Below are positions 35,587 to 41,315 of a stretch of DNA of 41,315 bases, piece after piece. The notes under the pieces are model-generated. The model searched no databases. It was given only the letters and a program-made list of their open reading frames with translations, and was not told where the DNA came from. The stretch's first letter is position 1; every line of letters begins with the position of its first letter. The position numbers were made by a program, and so were the translations under genes. The stretch is from IMG/VR virus record IMGVR_UViG_3300030433_002981, positions 1 through 41,315 of that record; one strand, written 5' to 3'. Source of the DNA: a virus (lineage: Duplodnaviria > Caudoviricetes).

Positions 35587-36222
35587 TTAGGTGCTCGCTA
35601 TATCGTATCTGTACTCGTCCCTAGAGCCGTAACCTTCGCCTAACTTCTTCAGCGCAGCCAAGGCTAGATTGAACCTTTGTTCGTATTGACCAATCTCTTC
35701 AGGAATCTTGAGAAATGTCGCTGCCTCTACAAGTGTTCCGTACAACATAGCATCGGGGGCGTTGGTAGAAAGCCAGGTGGTGCCACTATCTGAGCCTGCA
35801 GTAAGGGACGCTGGTCTGTATTTGTAGTGAAGTTCAAACGAATAATCAGATGCAGGCGTAGGCGCCAAGATAAACGTGTTGTCATCAAAAAGAGCGTAAT
35901 ACTTTGTTTCGCCAGTTGTTGATGCGTTTGGCGTGTAATCTCTGATGAAAGAAACATGTTTCAGCAAAGGATATGTATAAACGCTGTTGATAATCAGCGC
36001 CAAACTATAAGAGGCTAAGAAGTCTGTAGGAGTTGATAGGTATTGAAAACCAGTTGTTGCATTACCTGTTACGTTTTTGCGAAACACAGGAAGAGAAACG
36101 TTTTTTAGTATGCGCTCTTCAGCTTCTTTGATAAACGTATCAAGCTCTGCAACAAACGTAGACTCTGATGTTTCGCAATAGTCTTGAACCGCAGATTTCA
36201 GTGTAGCTAATGTAAAGCTCAT
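35587..36222 (-). CDS. Head-tail adaptor-like protein
   Basis: FIKEAEERI, LAPTP...ELHY, TWLSTNAPDAMLYG.L.EA. Confidence 0.7.
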   Translation of the reverse strand: MSFTLATLKSAVQDYCETSESTFVAELDTFIKEAEERILKNVSLPVFRKNVTGNATTGFQYLSTPTDFLASYSLALIINSVYTYPLLKHVSFIRDYTPNASTTGETKYYALFDDNTFILAPTPASDYSFELHYKYRPASLTAGSDSGTTWLSTNAPDAMLYGTLVEAATFLKIPEEIGQYEQRFNLALAALKKLGEGYGSRDEYRYDIAST

Positions 36223-36560
36223 GTTATCACCACCGTTACCGTGCCAACGGACCCTGTTGCTCCATCTATACTAAACTCAGAACCTATCGGATCACCTGTA
36301 GTAGACATGACTTTATTGTCATCAATTGTTCTCACTACGCCTGCTCCAGCAACAACATCTGGTGAAAGATTAGGCCTGGGGAAGCGCAGCGCCTCTGGAT
36401 CAGTAACATTATGGATAGGTTCTAGCTGCGGGTGTTTCGGTTCGTAGCATTCAGGGCAAACACGAAAGCCAGTCCACTCTTTTTTTAGAGATAGATACTT
36501 GTATTGAAAGCCACATCTATCACATATGGCAATCGCATACTTGCCAGAAGCAAAAGCCAT
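36219..36560 (-). CDS. Zn-binding structural-region protein
   Basis: ICDRCGF...EWTG..VCPECYEPKHPQL. Confidence 0.65.
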   Translation of the reverse strand: MAFASGKYAIAICDRCGFQYKYLSLKKEWTGFRVCPECYEPKHPQLEPIHNVTDPEALRFPRPNLSPDVVAGAGVVRTIDDNKVMSTTGDPIGSEFSIDGATGSVGTVTVVIT

Positions 36561-37237
36561 TACGCTATCCGAGATCTCATGTTAGGAGCGACCATCAAAG
36601 AAGCTCTGCTTTGATCTTGGTCAGCGGCCCTAGCAAACTCCTCTTCGTAAAAACCTTTTAGCATTTGAACTCGGTCAGGCGCCTTCTTCAGCGCGACGTA
36701 ATAAGCCAACCCGGCAGCCAAGCAAGGATAGAACCTGAAAGGCACATCCACAGTGTTTACGCTTGCATCAGCGTCCTCGATGCGAACAAGGCGATTGATG
36801 ATCAATTGATCCGTTGCATTTTCTGAGGCTGGCCAAAAGAAAAGGCGAGGCGTTATCTGCTTATCAAGAAAGAACTGAGTTGGTCTTGCTTGGGTAGACT
36901 TGTTTGGAATGTTGTAATATTCAGATCGACCTATCTGCTCCATAGTGATATCTGTGGTTGTTGAGCCTTCAGTTCTTCTGATGACCACATCCAAAACATC
37001 AATAGTGCTTGCAGATAAATCAATGAACTCTGCGCCTAACGTCAACGTAGTTGCGCTATTAGTAACAGTCCATTGATTCAAACCTCTGTTTGCCCAGTCA
37101 GCAAACAAGAGGTTCAAAGATCTTCTTGCAGTTACGCCATCGTAGCCAGTGCGGAACTCAAGGCCACATCTTTCAAATGCTTCCTCAATATATTCCGCAA
37201 CGTCTGGCTCAAAGTCTCTGCTTCCAGAAGTGGCCAT
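36560..37237 (-). CDS. Head-tail connector/adaptor protein
   Basis: IEEAFERCG...ARRSLNLLFADWANRGLN.W; CL.AGLAYY. Confidence 0.7.
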   Translation of the reverse strand: MATSGSRDFEPDVAEYIEEAFERCGLEFRTGYDGVTARRSLNLLFADWANRGLNQWTVTNSATTLTLGAEFIDLSASTIDVLDVVIRRTEGSTTTDITMEQIGRSEYYNIPNKSTQARPTQFFLDKQITPRLFFWPASENATDQLIINRLVRIEDADASVNTVDVPFRFYPCLAAGLAYYVALKKAPDRVQMLKGFYEEEFARAADQDQSRASLMVAPNMRSRIA

Positions 37238-37638
37238 TAATAACTCTTTATAACCTCAAGGATTACGGTGTATGTATCGCCACTGCTTGCACCAATCGTG
37301 GTGAACTGAATGTCTCCAGTTTTACCTGATCCTGCGTTGTTAGGTATCCCAGAGAACGGCGTGTAATCGTGCATACCGTTTGAGTCTGGAGACAAGGCAA
37401 TGATCAAAGTGTCTGTGGTTGCGTCATTCAAAAGCTGAACGCCCATGCCAACACACTGCCACCAGATCTTTGATATCGCCACCTCTGTGCAGGAGTCACC
37501 TTTGCTGTTTGCCTGAAGAGCACTGACATCAATCTTGGTTACTGCGCTTTCGCCAGTACCATCACTGATGTTCGTAAACTTTAGAACAGCTTTACGATTG
37601 TCATCCTGAATTGTTTGTGATGTGACTGTATCAGCCAT
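37237..37638 (-). CDS. Virion structural protein
   Basis: 133 aa, beta-rich, AGGAG RBS, downstream of the capsid genes. Confidence 0.65.
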   Translation of the reverse strand: MADTVTSQTIQDDNRKAVLKFTNISDGTGESAVTKIDVSALQANSKGDSCTEVAISKIWWQCVGMGVQLLNDATTDTLIIALSPDSNGMHDYTPFSGIPNNAGSGKTGDIQFTTIGASSGDTYTVILEVIKSY

Positions 37639-37650
37639 CTCGCTCTCCTA

Positions 37651-38160
37651 TTACTGGTCAGCAAAAGCAGGCGCAGTAGTGCTCGTTACATTTCCAAAGA
37701 TCTGATAGTTAGTTGTATCTATGCCGATAATGGTTATTTCAAACCCAGCAGGAACGTTCAGCTGTATGCTGCTGTTGGAATTTCCATCAGAGAATACTGA
37801 GCTAACTTCGTTGCCGTCTGTATCTAAGAAAGTAACACCACCAATATAAAAATTAGTGTTGCCGGGAGTAACAATAATCGCGTCCGTAGCATCAGCAGCG
37901 CCACCAGCGTATACAAACTTGAAAACAGATCCAGCAACAGGAGCAGGAAGCGTATAAGTATTATCTTGGCCACCGTCTGGAACAAGAAGAATCCTTCCAC
38001 TGTGAGTTGCGTTGGTTAGGGTTACGTTGCCGTCTGAGAGGCTAACTGGAGCGCCACCGTAAGTTGTGATCTCGGTAATCGCACCGCTAGTTGCGTCTTT
38101 GCTGATGGACTTAAATCCATTCTCTGATCGGACTGGACCCGAAAAAGTCGTATTAGCCAT
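37651..38160 (-). CDS. Virion structural / head-fibre protein (MANTTFSGPVRS N-terminus)
   Basis: AGGAG RBS; first gene after the capsid terminator. Confidence 0.7.
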   Translation of the reverse strand: MANTTFSGPVRSENGFKSISKDATSGAITEITTYGGAPVSLSDGNVTLTNATHSGRILLVPDGGQDNTYTLPAPVAGSVFKFVYAGGAADATDAIIVTPGNTNFYIGGVTFLDTDGNEVSSVFSDGNSNSSIQLNVPAGFEITIIGIDTTNYQIFGNVTSTTAPAFADQ

Positions 38161-38230
38161 TGTTATCTCCTGTCGTGGCTAGTGTCAGGCACGGTATGCG
38201 CCTGTCAGGGATAGATTGTTTATACAGCAC

Positions 38231-38262
38231 AAAAAGAAAAGGGGCAACAAGTGCCCCTTTCT
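38231..38262 (-). terminator. Rho-independent terminator after the major capsid gene
   Basis: Minus strand AAAGGGGCA-cttgt-TGCCCCTTT followed by TCTTTTT. Confidence 0.8.
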
Positions 38263-38282
38263 CACTGTTCCATGTGGAACAG

Positions 38283-39191
38283 TTATGCGCCTTGTGATGC
38301 GAACACTGCGCGTGGATTACTAAAGCCGAAGCTATATCGCTCGCGGGCTTTGTAGCGCACGTTACCAGTGTTGAAATCACCTTCCATAGAGGTCGCAATC
38401 GGGCTGCGCTCAAAATGCTTGAAGCCATCTGGAACGTCAGTCAATACGAAGAACGCATCGGTGTCAGTCAAGAAATGGTTGACTGCGTAACCTTGAGGCA
38501 GCAGACCCATGTTCCTGATTGCGTTGATGTCGTTATCCGCAGTCTCGACGCGCCCTGGTGTTTCTAGCAAACGATCAGCTACGAATTGCAGTTGAGGCGG
38601 AACAATCAGCTTGGTTCCTTGCAGAGCCAAGATCATGTTTCGATCATCCACAAAAGTAGAAATGCTGATCAGCGCATTTTCCAGCGACGTTTCGTTCAGA
38701 TCTGAGAACGAAGAAGGACGATTTGAGAAGGTGCCACCACCAGCCAGGGGGTGATCGGTAGCCACAAGTGACTTGCCATCACCGCCAGTGAAAGAGCTAG
38801 AGAACGCATTGTTCAATACGTTTGCAGCTTTCACCTGCTTGGTGTGTGCCATGCTTCGTGCAAGAGCCTTCGTATAACGCGCACCAAGGCGGTCATACAA
38901 ATTATCTTCTACACTTTCCTCGGTTAGCGCGAACGCCAAAGCAACCGTTTCGTGCGTATAACGCGCAGTAAAACCTTCAGAAGCTTGGTCGTATGCAACG
39001 CCTTGCCCTTCAGATTTATCACGAGCGTTACCAAAGCCTACGATCAGCACCTCTTCTTCAAACGCTCGGTCTGAAGCCTCGGTTTCAAAGATCTCGGCGT
39101 GCTCGTTTTCATAACGAGCGTACTCCATGCCAAATAAAGCGTTGAGGCCAGGCTCTAGCTCTTTGGCTAATTGTGCTCTTGAAATAGCCAT
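38283..39191 (-). CDS. Major capsid protein
   Basis: 302 aa, MAISRAQLAKELEPGLNALFG...LIVPPQL...KARERYSFG; GGAGG RBS; followed by a terminator. Confidence 0.88.
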   Translation of the reverse strand: MAISRAQLAKELEPGLNALFGMEYARYENEHAEIFETEASDRAFEEEVLIVGFGNARDKSEGQGVAYDQASEGFTARYTHETVALAFALTEESVEDNLYDRLGARYTKALARSMAHTKQVKAANVLNNAFSSSFTGGDGKSLVATDHPLAGGGTFSNRPSSFSDLNETSLENALISISTFVDDRNMILALQGTKLIVPPQLQFVADRLLETPGRVETADNDINAIRNMGLLPQGYAVNHFLTDTDAFFVLTDVPDGFKHFERSPIATSMEGDFNTGNVRYKARERYSFGFSNPRAVFASQGA

Positions 39192-39202
39192 TAGTTAGCC
39201 TC

Positions 39203-39787
39203 CTATGCTAAGCCAGCGCCTTTCTGGCCGAAGATTGAGTTTTGAATCACAACGAGAACGTTGGTATTCGCCGTGGCGACATCTGAGTTTTCTGGGTCAG
39301 CAGAAATATCAATCGCCTTAATTGGCAAGCCAGCTGTGGTTGCACCCGTGGTTACGTCTAGCTCAGCGCCAGAGATACCTGTAACGGTGCTGCCAGAACT
39401 GGTGTACACGATATCGAAGTTACCGAACAAGTCAGCAACTGGGAACGTATCGTCAGCCTGGATTTCATACACAACATTCGGATCATCGATAACAAAAGCG
39501 ATGATGTCCGAAGCATTAGTGCTTGCAGGGTAGAAGTTGCTGAACTTCTGCTCACCCGTTGTTGGGTCAGTAAAAGAGCAACCGTTGAACACACCAACGA
39601 TAGGCACAGTGCCTCCGTCAGCGTGAACCTCTACCGTACCACCAGTAACCTGGGCAACCATATCTCCTTGGAAGATAGCAGTGCCATAGTTAGCGGCGAT
39701 TCGATATCGGCTTTGTCCGCCGGTGTAGGGTCCGCCCCCTATCATCCGAACTGGACGCATTCCAAAAGCGGCATCTTGATTAGCCAT
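39203..39787 (-). CDS. Capsid decoration / minor capsid protein
   Basis: MANQDAAFGMRP...IFQGD...GVFNGC...DDPN; directly upstream of the major capsid gene. Confidence 0.7.
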   Translation of the reverse strand: MANQDAAFGMRPVRMIGGGPYTGGQSRYRIAANYGTAIFQGDMVAQVTGGTVEVHADGGTVPIVGVFNGCSFTDPTTGEQKFSNFYPASTNASDIIAFVIDDPNVVYEIQADDTFPVADLFGNFDIVYTSSGSTVTGISGAELDVTTGATTAGLPIKAIDISADPENSDVATANTNVLVVIQNSIFGQKGAGLA

Positions 39788-39823
39788 TTTTGAATCTCCT
39801 AGTTAAACACAATCAAAATGAGG

Positions 39824-40303
39824 CTACGTTGACTTGTTGCCTCTACCAAAAGATACCTGCGTCTTTCTCTCTTTTGAGATTGGCATCGCAGGGTGTTCTT
39901 CGCGCATCAGGTCGTTATCCACAGCATTCATCTGTTGATCGGTCTGCTTTGCGAAGTAAGCATTTCGCTCTTCCACTGTCTCCGTAGGTATCTTGGCAAG
40001 CATCAATCCGCCGACACCGACTGTTCCTGCATGATTACCTTCATCGATAACCGGCAGGTCATAGCCTGAAACTTCGCTTGGATGTACAGGTTCGTACCCT
40101 TCGCGCAGTCTCATGTGTACATTCGTTTTGTCCGACTCACCCCGCACATGCGTTCTAATCCAACGATAGTGCATACCTTCAGGAGGCTCTGGAGTTTCCA
40201 ATACTTGAGGTGGAGTCCATGGTTTTCTTGCAGCCTTGGTAGACCGTGAAGAAGCGCCCCTTGGCGTTCTGTTAGAACCAGGTGTTGTCGTTTCTTCGCT
40301 CAT
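39824..40303 (-). CDS. Conserved head-module protein
   Basis: W.PP..L..P.PP.G..YRWIR...REGYEPV...VGGLMLAKIP. Confidence 0.7.
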   Translation of the reverse strand: MSEETTTPGSNRTPRGASSRSTKAARKPWTPPQVLETPEPPEGMHYRWIRTHVRGESDKTNVHMRLREGYEPVHPSEVSGYDLPVIDEGNHAGTVGVGGLMLAKIPTETVEERNAYFAKQTDQQMNAVDNDLMREEHPAMPISKERKTQVSFGRGNKST

Positions 40304-41315
40304 GAGCTCTGTAACCTCATCTTCTGTTTTGCGTATTCTTTGAACGGCACTCCAAGTTTCCTAGCTAGTTGCTGCTCCGTTGGCGTTAGTTCAACTGATC
40401 TACGAGAGTTTTGATTGCGTCCACTTCCAGTCGTGCGCGATCCAGAGACAACGGTTTGGACGTTTTGTTGGTTGTCTCTCGCGTTAGTTTGCTCACTAAA
40501 TTTATGCGGCAGTTCTTGCCTCATACGAGCATCAATTTGAGCGTAGTATTCATCAGATTCTAAGTCAATACCGCTCTGTATCAGATCGTTATGTATGGCA
40601 AAAGCCACATTAGTCATAATAGAATCTCTGCCAAACCATTCGTTGTTGTTAGCCCACTCTTGAGCTTTTGGCGATGGCTCTTGATATTCAGCCTCGCTTT
40701 GTCCACCGCCATAAGATGGGCGGGCTAGTCTTTGATCTCTTTGAAGCTCGCCAAAGCTTTCATCAACATCTTGTTCAGACTCTTGCTGTTCAAGCCAAGC
40801 AGCGTAATCAATCTTGTACTGCTCAAGGTCGCGTTGATACTGGGCTAGTGCATTACGATCAGCCTCTGCCTTTGCAAGCAACTGCTGAGCCTCTGCCATA
40901 GCTTCTGGGTCGCCAGACTCATACGCTGTCTTTAGATGCCTCTTTGCAGCTTCAGCTTGAGTTTCTACACGAGTAGCAAACTCATCACTGTACGTTTCTT
41001 GCATCTTGAGACTTTGCTCTGCAGTAGACGTTTGCGTTTGTTGTAGTTGCGAAGCTAGTTCTTCGTTCTTGGCTTGCAGTTCTTTTGCATACTGAAGCGC
41101 CTGTAACTCTCTGCGCTGATAGTCTTTTGCTTGCTTTACTGCTTGATTGATACGGTTCTGAGCAGTTCGTGCTCTGACCTCTGCCTCAGATAGTTCCTCT
41201 TCACCTTGTTGAAAGTCAGGTGTATCAAACTCTTCTTGAACAGAATCCTCTGTGACAGGAGATATCTCATCGATCTCTTCGTCAGAAAAATCGATAAACG
41301 TAGATTCTTCCTGAA
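40300..41315 (-). CDS. Capsid scaffolding-like coiled-coil protein, 5'-truncated
   Basis: The frame of track ORF 40300..41004 appears to stay open to the window edge; acidic coiled coil, WANNNEWFG, C-terminal LT..E..LARKLGV..KEYAK. Confidence 0.75.
   Translation of the reverse strand, partial: QEESTFIDFSDEEIDEISPVTEDSVQEEFDTPDFQQGEEELSEAEVRARTAQNRINQAVKQAKDYQRRELQALQYAKELQAKNEELASQLQQTQTSTAEQSLKMQETYSDEFATRVETQAEAAKRHLKTAYESGDPEAMAEAQQLLAKAEADRNALAQYQRDLEQYKIDYAAWLEQQESEQDVDESFGELQRDQRLARPSYGGGQSEAEYQEPSPKAQEWANNNEWFGRDSIMTNVAFAIHNDLIQSGIDLESDEYYAQIDARMRQELPHKFSEQTNARDNQQNVQTVVSGSRTTGSGRNQNSRRSVELTPTEQQLARKLGVPFKEYAKQKMRLQSS

Noticed and set aside
39915-39923. Second TTATCCACA DnaA box
   Set aside because: Isolated 9-mer inside a CDS with no accompanying origin features

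Overview
A 41-kb segment of a tailed dsDNA phage genome, probably a podovirus-like uncultured environmental phage; no host genes are visible. 1-3.7 kb (+) is a block of small early genes, including a GP88-family protein, preceded by two clusters of AGGCCGCAAG repeats. 3.7-8.7 kb (-) holds the small terminase, an iteron/IHF/DnaA-box region, a PAPS-reductase-like plus XF1762/Mom-like gene pair and a prim-pol/AAA helicase. 8.9-16 kb (+) is a recombination operon (Sak4-like ATPase, DUF669 SSB, SF2 helicase, Cas4-like exonuclease). 16-41.3 kb (-) is the virion and lysis module (scaffold, major capsid protein, adaptors, tail fibre with intramolecular chaperone, holin, lysozyme, ejection proteins). 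The main discovery lies inside the recombination operon. A 289-aa IS110/Nop-domain protein with no nuclease domain (11223-12092) is followed directly by a perfectly periodic array of 20 x 36-nt units (12088-12816) of the form AGCGAGCCA-N9-AGAAAACCA-N9. This is the architecture of a TIGR-Tas (TasA-like) RNA-guided system, here with AG...CCA box motifs. Upstream sits a strongly structured RNA with two loops complementary to a bipartite site in the leader of the same operon. All calls come from reading the sequence; no database searches were run.
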